From NCBI GenBank assembly GCA_031387725.1, contig JANNDM010000013.1, positions 7,134 to 71,133 of the forward strand: a stretch of DNA of 64,000 nt, in the 5' to 3' direction. This DNA is from Verrucomicrobiota bacterium (GTDB lineage Bacteria > Verrucomicrobiota > Verrucomicrobiia > Opitutales > Opitutaceae). Under the pieces are notes generated by a model. That model saw nothing but the letters and a program-made list of their open reading frames with translations. It was not told where the DNA came from and made no database searches. Position numbers and translations under genes: made by a program. This document shows, piece after piece, positions 1 through 8,631 of this stretch. Position 1 is the stretch's first letter, and each line of letters opens with the position of its first letter.

Positions 1-1001
1 AGGCTGCGTCCATCGGTCGTGGCATAGCTCCACCAATCCACGCCGACGTGTTCACCGAGGCACGCACAGGTAAAAAATGCTTCGAGGTTGTAGAGGGAAT
101 AACCGAGTGACTTGGTGCGCGCGAGCTCGTGGGGTTGTGAGCCATCGGGTTCGATTTGCGCGGCCAGCCGCCGGGTCAGGCCTTCGGTCAGAATCTGTTT
201 GGCCTCCACCGTCAGGCCGAGCACCAGCGCGAGGTGCGCCACCTGCGCGTCATACCAGGTGCCGTGGTTGTTATGTTCACCCTGCTCGTCCAGGCCGTTC
301 TTGCTCGTGCGCAGCCAGCCGTAGAAGGCGGCCAGCCATTCGCGCAGGGCCGCCCGGTCCGCGCCGGTCCAAGCGGGGGAACCGGTGAGCAAGGCGAGCC
401 CCTCGTTCAGGTTCATCAGCCGCCTGGACTCGATGATGCCGATGCCCCGGCCGTCGGTGATGCCCGGGATGGCCTGCGCGTGCTGGAGGTTGGGATTCAT
501 GCGTGTGGCCGGATCGAGGAACCAGACGCGGGTGAGCAGAGCGGCCTTGGCGGCATAGCGCTCGTCGTGCGTGAACCAGTAGGCGAGGCTTAGGGTTTCC
601 ACCTTGAGGCATACGTTGCTGAAAGCCGCATCGTCGGTGCCTTGGCGCGTGGCGGGATTGATGTCACCGTCGCGGCGGAGGTAGGGCAGGCCATCGGGTT
701 TCTTGGGGTCGGGCCACCAATACGGGCCGAAGCTGAAGTAGTCGTGCTTGTCCCCGCTGGCGGCGGTGAGCGGTTTGTCCATCACCGAGGGCGGTTTCAT
801 TTTCAGCGCTTCGTCGGCCTCGGCGAGCAAGGCGGCCAAGGCGGGCTGTAGCGCACGGTCTCCCCGCTCAAGGCTGGCCCGGGCGGCGACGAGGGCCGGC
901 CCGGAGAGCAGCAGGGTTTGCGGCGGCTCGGCGATGTTCGCACCGGAAAGAGCGGCAGCCGCGATACTTGATAGCAGGAAAGTGGAGCGGAGTATGGTCA
1001 T
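1..1001 (-). CDS. Alginate lyase family protein (PF05426, PL38-like), secreted; 3' end outside window
   Basis: Hand translation from ATG at 1001: signal peptide MTILRSTFLLSSIAAAALSG, then SGDKHDYFSFGPYWWPDP..GLPYLRRDG, RMNPNLQHAQ, GRGIGIIE, HNNHGTWYDAQ, QPHELARTKS. Absent from the ORF track because the stop is outside the window. Confidence 0.85.
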   Translation of the reverse strand, partial: MTILRSTFLLSSIAAAALSGANIAEPPQTLLLSGPALVAARASLERGDRALQPALAALLAEADEALKMKPPSVMDKPLTAASGDKHDYFSFGPYWWPDPKKPDGLPYLRRDGDINPATRQGTDDAAFSNVCLKVETLSLAYWFTHDERYAAKAALLTRVWFLDPATRMNPNLQHAQAIPGITDGRGIGIIESRRLMNLNEGLALLTGSPAWTGADRAALREWLAAFYGWLRTSKNGLDEQGEHNNHGTWYDAQVAHLALVLGLTVEAKQILTEGLTRRLAAQIEPDGSQPHELARTKSLGYSLYNLEAFFTCACLGEHVGVDWWSYATTDGRS

Positions 1002-1028
1002 GATGGTTGGTTCGGCTGGCGAAAGCAG

Positions 1029-2099
1029 TCAGGGTCGGACGCGGATGTATTTCCGGAGGATTCGTGGGCGCGGCTCACCGCCGTAGATGCTACCCTCGCG
1101 ATCGACCGCGGCGAACTCGGCGCCGGTGCCCTCGACCTCGCGCGGGTCACCCCACGGATACGGGATGAACTCCGACACCCAGCCGGTGCGAGCATCGCCG
1201 ATCCGGATGCCCATTTCCCAGCCGGGATTCTGCACGTTGTCCGATTCGGAGTCGGTCACATAGATCCGCCCGGTGGAGTCGAAACTAATGCCGCTCGGGC
1301 GACCGAACTGGGTCCATTGCGCGAGGAATTTCCCGTCCTGATCAAAAATCTGGATGCGGTTGTTGCCGCGGTCGGCGACGAAGACGCGGCCCGCGGGGTC
1401 GATCGCGATGGAGTGCGTCATGCGAAACTCGCCGGGAGCGTAGCCGGTTTTGCCCCACGTTTTCAGGAATATCCCTTCCGGGGAAAATTTCACGATGCGG
1501 TTGTTGCCCTCGTCGAAGCTGTGGCTGTCCGCGACGAAGATATCGCCATTGGGTGCGACGACGACATCGCTCGGGGAGTTGAAGTGGTCGGGCCCGTCGC
1601 CCGCAACGCCGGGGGTGCCGAGCGTGAGGAGCACTTTGCCCTCGGGGCTGAACTTGATGACTTGGTGACCACGTTTGCCGGCGGGAGTCTTTTTCGGGGA
1701 AACGGCGTCGGTCACCCAGACATTGCCGTCGCGGTCGACGTCGAGACCGTGCGGCCAGATGAACAGGCCGCCGCCAAAGCTGCGCACGAGGTTGCCGGCC
1801 AGATCGAACTTCAGGATCGGATCCAGCGTGGAATCGAGGCACTCGCTGCCGAAGCGGGCCGTGGGCGAGGGTGCGCAGCGGACGATGACCCAGAGGTGCT
1901 TGCCGTCGGGATCCATCGCCAGATCACCCACCGCGCCCATGGCCCGCCCCGAGGGCAGTTGGGCCCACGCTTCGACCATGCGATAGGGATTGGGAAAGGC
2001 TTGGGCGGGTGCGACCGCCGCCGCGCCCAAGAAACCGAAGGCCACGGAGAGCGCGCGCAACAAAGCGCCAAGGGGCGGAAAAAGGCGGGCGGTGGGCAT
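1029..2099 (-). CDS. NHL-repeat beta-propeller protein (peptidyl-alpha-hydroxyglycine lyase-like), secreted
   Basis: Signal peptide; NHL repeats (WPHGLDVDRDGNVWVTD, FNSPSDVVVAPNGDIFVAD, THSIAIDPAGRVFVADRGNNRIQIFD). Confidence 0.8.
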   Translation of the reverse strand: MPTARLFPPLGALLRALSVAFGFLGAAAVAPAQAFPNPYRMVEAWAQLPSGRAMGAVGDLAMDPDGKHLWVIVRCAPSPTARFGSECLDSTLDPILKFDLAGNLVRSFGGGLFIWPHGLDVDRDGNVWVTDAVSPKKTPAGKRGHQVIKFSPEGKVLLTLGTPGVAGDGPDHFNSPSDVVVAPNGDIFVADSHSFDEGNNRIVKFSPEGIFLKTWGKTGYAPGEFRMTHSIAIDPAGRVFVADRGNNRIQIFDQDGKFLAQWTQFGRPSGISFDSTGRIYVTDSESDNVQNPGWEMGIRIGDARTGWVSEFIPYPWGDPREVEGTGAEFAAVDREGSIYGGEPRPRILRKYIRVRP

Positions 2100-2111
2100 G
2101 AGGCAGATGGG

Positions 2112-2810
2112 CTACGACGCGGGAGTCGTGGGCACTCCGACGCGGAAATGACGGATCGCCAGATGCGCGCGCACGGTGCGGAAGGCGAAATAACCGGAGC
2201 GGAGCGGCGCCGGATCGCGGAAGGAAAAGACCAGTTCGCCGTCGCGCCAAAACTCAGTCGTGCCGTCGCGAACCACGATTCTGATCCGGTAGGAGTGGTT
2301 GGGCCGGAGGAGAAACGCGGGGGTGCGCAAATCGTGGACGGGGAGCAGGGGGCGCACGCTGGTGCCATCGTAGCGGCGAAAGCGGGTGGTGGTGTTTTCG
2401 TTGCCGCCGAAGCCCACGTAGTAGGTGAGCAAGTTGTCGTAGTCGGAGAATTTCCCGGTGCGCCCAGCGGGCAGGGCTCCGGCGGGCCCGGCCGGATCCT
2501 GCGCCATCCAAAAACAATTGAGGTCGGAAAGCCGGTCTTGGGGACCGTCCCGCACGACCACCTCGGCTTCATAAGATATCTCCACCGGACCGGAGAGCAG
2601 CGGGCGAAACCAAACGGTCGTGCCGCCCGCTGACACGATGTCGAGGACGCCTTCGTGCGTGCGAACCTGCCCTCCGGGCATCTGTTCGACGGACCATAAC
2701 ACCAGGCCAGCGTCGAAGCGGTCGGCGAAAAGCGTCGTGGTCTCCGGCCCGGCGCCCAGCAGCTGGGCGCCGGTCATGAGGCAGAAGCCGGTGAGGAGGC
2801 GCAGTTCCAT
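2112..2810 (-). CDS. DUF6250/YesU-like secreted protein
   Basis: Signal peptide; SDLNCFWMA, YYVGFGGNENTTTRFRRY and GYFAFRT motifs typical of this polysaccharide-locus family. Confidence 0.65.
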   Translation of the reverse strand: MELRLLTGFCLMTGAQLLGAGPETTTLFADRFDAGLVLWSVEQMPGGQVRTHEGVLDIVSAGGTTVWFRPLLSGPVEISYEAEVVVRDGPQDRLSDLNCFWMAQDPAGPAGALPAGRTGKFSDYDNLLTYYVGFGGNENTTTRFRRYDGTSVRPLLPVHDLRTPAFLLRPNHSYRIRIVVRDGTTEFWRDGELVFSFRDPAPLRSGYFAFRTVRAHLAIRHFRVGVPTTPAS

Positions 2811-2852
2811 CGAAAGGATGGCCGCCGGGGGTGGCCGACGAGCCCGGGTAGC

Positions 2853-4385
2853 TCAGGATGCGGCGGGCTTGGCGCCCTGCCAGCCTTTGCGCCACTGGGC
2901 CATCAGGCGGGAGACGAGTTCGTTATTGGCTGGATCGGCCGCGATGTTGTTGTTCTCCATCTTGTCGGTCTGGTGGTCGTAGAGTTCGATGGCGTCGATT
3001 TTGCTATGGTCCTGGCGATTGACCCAGACGGTGAAACGGTAGCGATCGGTGCGCATGGAGTAGCCCATCAGACCCTCCGGCACCTTGGTTTGCGCCTTGG
3101 TGCGGGGATACTGGCTGAAGGCGGCTGTCTTCCACGGGCGGTCCGGATTTTCCAGCAGAGGCTTCATGCTGACACCCTCGAGGTGGGCGGGGAGCGGCAG
3201 GCCGGCGAGATCGGCGAGAGTCGGGTAAATATCGACGAACTCGACGAGGGCATTGGACTTGGCGCCGGCGGTCTGCTTCAGGCCGGGCGCCGAGAGGAGG
3301 AGCGGGGCGTTGGTGTCGTTCTCGGAGGTGCTGTGCTTGCACCAGGCGTCGTGCTCGCCGAGTTTCCAGCCGTGGTCGCCCCAGAGGACGATGATGGTGT
3401 TTTCGCGCAGGCCGAGGCGGTCAAGTTCGTCCAGCACCTTGCCGAGTTGGGCGTCCATGTAACTGATCGCGGCATAGTAGCCGTGCTTGAGCTGGCGGGC
3501 GAGGGGATCGGGGATGGAGTCCACCGGGATGCCGTCGTAGTTGCGCAGCTCACCGCCGGGCAGGATGGCGTATTCCGGGGCGCCTTTCGCCCGGAATTTG
3601 TTCGGCGCGAGCTCGATCTTGGCCGGGTCGTAGAGGTCCCAATATTTCTTGGGCGCGATAAACGGCAGGTGCGGTTTGATAAAGCCGACGGCGAGAAAGA
3701 AAGGTTCCTTTTTCTGGCTCATCGCGCGCAAGGTGGCGACGGCCAGGTCGGCGACCTTGCCATCCTGGAAAGTGTCGTCGGGGACATCGGCGGCCTCGAA
3801 GGCGGGGCCGCGGGAATTGAGGCCGGTGGACGGAGGGCCATCGGCGGTTTTCTCTGCGCGAGGCGCGTTTTTCTTGCCCTTGGCTTTGGGCGCATCATCG
3901 GGCTCGGTCTCATATTGGCGCTGATCGAGGATTTGGTTTTTCTCCAAAGCATACTTGATGGCCTTGGGCGTGCCCCACGGCACGGACCAGGTTGGGGCAT
4001 CGTCCAGGCTGCCGTGATAGATCTTGCCCATGCCTTGGACGAAATAGCCGTTGTTTTTGAAATGCTGCCCGAGCGTGACGACGTTGGGCAGGGCCACGCG
4101 GAAATGGGTGACGAGGTCCCAGACCTGGGTGGTGTCGGGCCGCGTGCCCGTCATGAGGCTTGAGCGGGTCGGGGAGCAAACGGCCTGCTGGCAGTAGGCG
4201 CGGGTGAAGGTAATCCCAGACTTGGCGAGGCGGTCCAGGTTCGGGCTCTGGATGTAGCTGGCACCATAGGCCCCGAACTCAGGGCGCAAGTCGTCGACGG
4301 CGATGAAGAGCACGTTGGGTCGGTCGGCCGCATGGCCAAGAATAACACCGAGCAGGAGAAGCGGAAGGAGGAGATGGTTTTTCAT
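2853..4385 (-). CDS. Cys-type sulfatase (iduronate-2-sulfatase-like)
   Basis: NVLFIAVDDLR, CSPTRSSLMTG (CxPxR), GKIYH, KPHLPF, WGDHGWKLGEH; signal peptide. Confidence 0.9.
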   Translation of the reverse strand: MKNHLLLPLLLLGVILGHAADRPNVLFIAVDDLRPEFGAYGASYIQSPNLDRLAKSGITFTRAYCQQAVCSPTRSSLMTGTRPDTTQVWDLVTHFRVALPNVVTLGQHFKNNGYFVQGMGKIYHGSLDDAPTWSVPWGTPKAIKYALEKNQILDQRQYETEPDDAPKAKGKKNAPRAEKTADGPPSTGLNSRGPAFEAADVPDDTFQDGKVADLAVATLRAMSQKKEPFFLAVGFIKPHLPFIAPKKYWDLYDPAKIELAPNKFRAKGAPEYAILPGGELRNYDGIPVDSIPDPLARQLKHGYYAAISYMDAQLGKVLDELDRLGLRENTIIVLWGDHGWKLGEHDAWCKHSTSENDTNAPLLLSAPGLKQTAGAKSNALVEFVDIYPTLADLAGLPLPAHLEGVSMKPLLENPDRPWKTAAFSQYPRTKAQTKVPEGLMGYSMRTDRYRFTVWVNRQDHSKIDAIELYDHQTDKMENNNIAADPANNELVSRLMAQWRKGWQGAKPAAS

Positions 4386-4432
4386 GAAGGTGAGTCGGGA
4401 GATCGGGAGGGCTGCGGCGAGAAGAGCGCCGG

Positions 4433-5749
4433 CTATTTTCCGCTTTCAAAATTCTTGGCGTGGCGGCCGGAGGGATGGCCGGTGTCAACAATGCCGCCGG
4501 CGGGATTCAGCTGGGTGAGGGCGGCCTGAAGGCGGGTGCGGGCGGCGACCGCGGCCGGGTCCTTCGTATCGGCGGGCACCAGTTTCTCGGCGAAGGGCGC
4601 GTCGCTCATGTCGTAGAGTTCCCCAGCCTGGTTCAGCTTCCAGCCGGTTTCGCGGACATACCAGTTCCGGGCGAGTTGGTTGAAGGCCCAGGCGCGGGGC
4701 GAGCCCTTTTCGCCTCGCCACTGCGGAGCGAGGCTGCGGCCATCGATGATGGTTTTCTCGGGCAGCTTGGCTCCCGCGAGCTCGGCAAAGGTCGGGACGA
4801 AATCACTGGAATCGACCATGTCCTTGGAGACAGAACCGGCCGGGATCACCCCGGGCCAGCGGACGATCAACGGCTCGAGCCCGCCGCCCTCCAGCATCGA
4901 ACCCTTGGCCCCGGAGAGCCGCCGGCCACCGATGGTGGCACGGTCGGCGCGGCCGTTGGCGGTGCCATTGTCGCCCATGAACACGATCACAGTCCTCTCC
5001 CGCAGCTTGAGGCGGTCGAGCTCGGCGAGGAGCTGACCGATAAGTTTGTCCATGTAGCGCACATTGTCGCCGTAATGGTCCTGGCTGTCCGGGGTGCTGT
5101 CCGGCGTGGGCAGGATCTCGGTGTGCACGTGCGAGAGCGAGTAATAGAGATAGAACGGCTGATCCTTATGCTGGGTGATGAAATCCACCGCCATGCGGTG
5201 CATGACATCCGGCAGGTATTCCTTGTCCCGGAGGGGGACTTCCTTGCCGTCCAGCTCAAAGGTCTCGGCCTTCTTCTGGGTGTTCCAATAGGCGCCGCTG
5301 CCTTTGAACTTCAGGTAGCGGTCAAAACCGAACTCGGCCGGCCCGAGCGGCAACTGGCCCCATTTCCCAATGGCGGCGCTCACGTAGCCGGCCTGCTTGA
5401 GGACCTTCGGCATCATGGTTTCCGCGGCGGGGGTGAAGAGACCCGTGGCGTCCTGGTTCGTGGCGCCGGTGCGGAAGGGATAGCGTCCGGTCAAGATCTG
5501 CGCGCGCGACGGCCCGCACAGCGGGATCGTGTAGGCGTTGGTGTAGCGCAGCCCCTCCTGGGCCAGCTGGTCAAGGTGCGGGGTCCGGTAGTTGTCCGCC
5601 CCATAAGCGCTGACCTCGCCGACGCCGTAATCGTCGGCGAGGATGAAAATGATGTTGGGTTTTTGGCCAGGGTCGGGCGCGGCAGCCACGCTTATGCTGT
5701 GGAGCGCGAGCAGGCTGCCGACGCCCAGGACGGTGCGGAGAGTGAACAT
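4433..5749 (-). CDS. Cys-type arylsulfatase family protein
   Basis: PNIIFILADDYG, CGPSRAQILTGRY, IGKW, MGDNG; signal peptide. Confidence 0.9.
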   Translation of the reverse strand: MFTLRTVLGVGSLLALHSISVAAAPDPGQKPNIIFILADDYGVGEVSAYGADNYRTPHLDQLAQEGLRYTNAYTIPLCGPSRAQILTGRYPFRTGATNQDATGLFTPAAETMMPKVLKQAGYVSAAIGKWGQLPLGPAEFGFDRYLKFKGSGAYWNTQKKAETFELDGKEVPLRDKEYLPDVMHRMAVDFITQHKDQPFYLYYSLSHVHTEILPTPDSTPDSQDHYGDNVRYMDKLIGQLLAELDRLKLRERTVIVFMGDNGTANGRADRATIGGRRLSGAKGSMLEGGGLEPLIVRWPGVIPAGSVSKDMVDSSDFVPTFAELAGAKLPEKTIIDGRSLAPQWRGEKGSPRAWAFNQLARNWYVRETGWKLNQAGELYDMSDAPFAEKLVPADTKDPAAVAARTRLQAALTQLNPAGGIVDTGHPSGRHAKNFESGK

Positions 5750-5760
5750 GTTGCTGGGGG

Positions 5761-8511
5761 TTAGAACCGGACGGTGACGGCGAGGTCGTATTGGGCGGGC
5801 ATGACGTAAGAGTAGGTGTAGACATTGGCGCCACTGGCCATCCGCGCGAAACCAGTCTTGCGGATGCTGCCGTTCTCAAGGTCCGTCAGATTCTTGACGC
5901 CGGCGCGGAGACGCACCTGTTGGCCCCAAATCTTCTGATCCCGCATGATGTAGGCGTTAACCAGATGGGTGGACCCACCGATCATCTTCTGGCCAGTCGG
6001 GACGCCGAACAGGTAGTCGTCGCGCCAGACGCCGTTGATGCCGGTGCGGAGGCCTTTCAGCAGACCGGATTTGGGAGCGAAGGCGTAGTCCACCACCCAG
6101 CTGGCAGACCAGGGAGCCGCTCGCGAGCCGACCGCCCCGGCGGAGTTATCCAAAGTATCCAGCAGGAGCTTGGCGTCCGCCAGCAGGGTGGGGCTCTCAT
6201 CCGGGCGCAGGACCGCGGCATCATAATAGCCGCGGAAATTCTTCAGGTCCGGTTGGCTGGAAACCTTCGCCCGGCCCACGGTGAAACGCATTTGCAGCCC
6301 CTTGACCAAGTTGAGCATCAAGGTCAGGTCGGCGCCCTTGGAGCTTTCCACGGCCGTGTAGTTGCGCGAGGCGCTGGCCGTGCCCGGTTCCCGGAACTTA
6401 TAGTTCGGATCGCCCGGCAGGATGTTGTTCGGGTTCATCAGGTCCTCGGTCTGCGTGTCGGAGAAGCTGACCACGTTGTTCCAGCTCAGGACCACGTTCT
6501 CGCGGTCGATTTCGAAGACACCCAGCGTGAGGGTGGCGCGGCCGTTAAGCAGGCTGCCCTTCAGGCCGATCTCCTTGGTGACGCCGGCAATAGGTCCAAT
6601 CGTCACGCGGTCGAAGGTCCGGTTATCCTGAAAGCGGAACGACTCGGAGTAGACCCCGTAGATATTGAGATCCTTGGTCAGGGAGTAGGTGAGCCCGCCG
6701 GTATAGCTGGTGTTGGAGAGGTGCAGGTTCTGATTCTCGACGTATTCGCCCGGGAGCGCATCCTGCTTGGTCGGGGTGAAGACATCCTCGTTATACTTAC
6801 CTTCCTTGCGCGTGGCGACATACTCGTATTGACGGCCGACGTCATGGCGCGCGCCGAGCAGGGATTGCAGGCGGCCGTCGAAGTAGCGTCCGCTGGCCGA
6901 GAAGGCGGCGGCGTAGGCCTGACGCCACTCGGTGCCGTCGGCCGCGGAGTTGCCGGACGCGAAGAATCTCAGGGGCACCATGTTGACCGTGCTGGTGACC
7001 GGCAGGACGGACGGTTGCATGCGGTCGAATAAAGCGCGGGAATAAAAGGCCGGGTCGTCGAGGTAAAGCCGGAGCCGGCCGCGGTCGGCGGTCGCGTTGA
7101 TGGTGGCGGCGGTGCCGTTGTCGACCTTCAGGGTGTTGAAATACTGCCAGCGCTGGTTGAGGGCCATGTCCTCGCGGTATTCCGCGCTGGCGACGAGGAT
7201 TTGCTCCATCCAGTCGGCTTTGGCGAACTTGTAGACTGCGGTGCCGCGAAAGGCGTGCACGGCATTGGTGAAATGCTTCCGATCGAGGGAGGAGTCGATA
7301 TAGGGCCGGCCGTTGACATCGACGCTGATGGTCGAGTCGAAGTTGTTGTCATTCCTTTCCTCGGACTGGTATTGGTAGTTGTAGGCCAGTTCCGTCGCGA
7401 CCGGACCAAGCTGCTGCTCGACCGTGGCCGAAAAAGTATGGAACGGGCGGGAATGATTATCGAAGGCGCCGCGGATATTGTAGCTCTTCGGCAGGCCATT
7501 GATCCGCTTCGTGCCGACAATGGCGCCCGCCGCATTGCGCAGCTGCACATCAAAGAAGCTGCCTTCAACGAGCGAGGGTTGGCCGCCAAAGGGATTGTTG
7601 GCCGACGCGCGGTCAGCCGCCGGCAGGTTGGCTTGGACGATCCAGGCCCCGTCCGAGGTGAAATAGGTGCCGGCGGTCCCGAAGCCCAACCCGCGCGCGG
7701 ACTGTTCGCGGACAAAAATGCCCGCCAGGCCGCGGCTGTTTTGATATTTTCCATCCTCATACTCCAGCCGGACCGAAGTATTTTTGAAAGGTTGCCAGGC
7801 CAGAGCCAGGGTCACCGCCTCAAATTTATAGTCCGAGGCATCCTGGAAGGTCTGATCCATGCGGGTGACCGCATTCAGCCGGAGGGCCAGCTTGGAGTTC
7901 AGCTTGCGATTGAGATCCAGCTGGTAGCGATAGCCCCCTTCGCTGTTATATTGGAGCACGGCGGTGCCGAAATTATTCATCACCGGACGCTTGGTGAAGG
8001 AGGCGCCGTTGCCGCCCGGTTCCACCTCGCCGAAGATGAGCGAGTTTGAGCCTTTGCCGAAGTCGAGCCGCTCGACGTTGTAGGTGTCGGACGGGATATA
8101 CCACCGGAAGTAATTCCGGCTGACATTGTTGGCCTGACTGAGGCCGCGGAACGAAAAATTACCCTTCATGTTGTCGTTCTCCATGATGGGCAGCGCATAC
8201 ACGTTCGCCACAAATCCGGCCACATCGTCGGCCGAATTCAGCGCCAGGTCCTCCATGAAATCCGCCGTGATGGCGTCAATGTTCACCGGCACATCCTTCA
8301 GTTGCTGGCGCGTCCGGGTGGCGGACAGCGTTTCATTGGCGGACCAGCCGGACTCAGCCGTGACCGTGAAGGGCGAAAGGACCACGACCTCCTCGTCAGG
8401 TTTGCCGTCCGTGGCGGCGGTCTGGGCGAAGAGCAAGACGGGCGAGATGAAGAGGATGAACCATGGGGTCATCCGACGGAGACGCGATTGGCTGAGGGCG
8501 TTAGATTTCAT
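5761..8511 (-). CDS. TonB-dependent receptor
   Basis: Probable start MKSNALSQ at 8511; VVVLSPFTVT, plug motif DSYNVER-like DTYNVERLDFGKGSNSLIFG, C-terminal VTVRF. Confidence 0.85.
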   Translation of the reverse strand: MKSNALSQSRLRRMTPWFILFISPVLLFAQTAATDGKPDEEVVVLSPFTVTAESGWSANETLSATRTRQQLKDVPVNIDAITADFMEDLALNSADDVAGFVANVYALPIMENDNMKGNFSFRGLSQANNVSRNYFRWYIPSDTYNVERLDFGKGSNSLIFGEVEPGGNGASFTKRPVMNNFGTAVLQYNSEGGYRYQLDLNRKLNSKLALRLNAVTRMDQTFQDASDYKFEAVTLALAWQPFKNTSVRLEYEDGKYQNSRGLAGIFVREQSARGLGFGTAGTYFTSDGAWIVQANLPAADRASANNPFGGQPSLVEGSFFDVQLRNAAGAIVGTKRINGLPKSYNIRGAFDNHSRPFHTFSATVEQQLGPVATELAYNYQYQSEERNDNNFDSTISVDVNGRPYIDSSLDRKHFTNAVHAFRGTAVYKFAKADWMEQILVASAEYREDMALNQRWQYFNTLKVDNGTAATINATADRGRLRLYLDDPAFYSRALFDRMQPSVLPVTSTVNMVPLRFFASGNSAADGTEWRQAYAAAFSASGRYFDGRLQSLLGARHDVGRQYEYVATRKEGKYNEDVFTPTKQDALPGEYVENQNLHLSNTSYTGGLTYSLTKDLNIYGVYSESFRFQDNRTFDRVTIGPIAGVTKEIGLKGSLLNGRATLTLGVFEIDRENVVLSWNNVVSFSDTQTEDLMNPNNILPGDPNYKFREPGTASASRNYTAVESSKGADLTLMLNLVKGLQMRFTVGRAKVSSQPDLKNFRGYYDAAVLRPDESPTLLADAKLLLDTLDNSAGAVGSRAAPWSASWVVDYAFAPKSGLLKGLRTGINGVWRDDYLFGVPTGQKMIGGSTHLVNAYIMRDQKIWGQQVRLRAGVKNLTDLENGSIRKTGFARMASGANVYTYSYVMPAQYDLAVTVRF

Positions 8512-8545
8512 GGGAGGGTATGTTGACGATTGCCTGCAAAGGAGT

Positions 8546-8571
8546 GCCCGGCCCCACCCCTGGGGCCGGGC
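8546..8571. terminator. GC hairpin between two TonB receptor genes (terminator or mRNA stabiliser)
   Basis: GCCCGGCCCCA-CCCC-TGGGGCCGGGC, perfect 11-bp stem; no clear U tract. Confidence 0.45.
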
Positions 8572-8631
8572 TAGTTCATTGTCCTGACCCACCCTTGAGG
8601 TGGCAATGGATTAGAGGTGGCCGCGGTGACA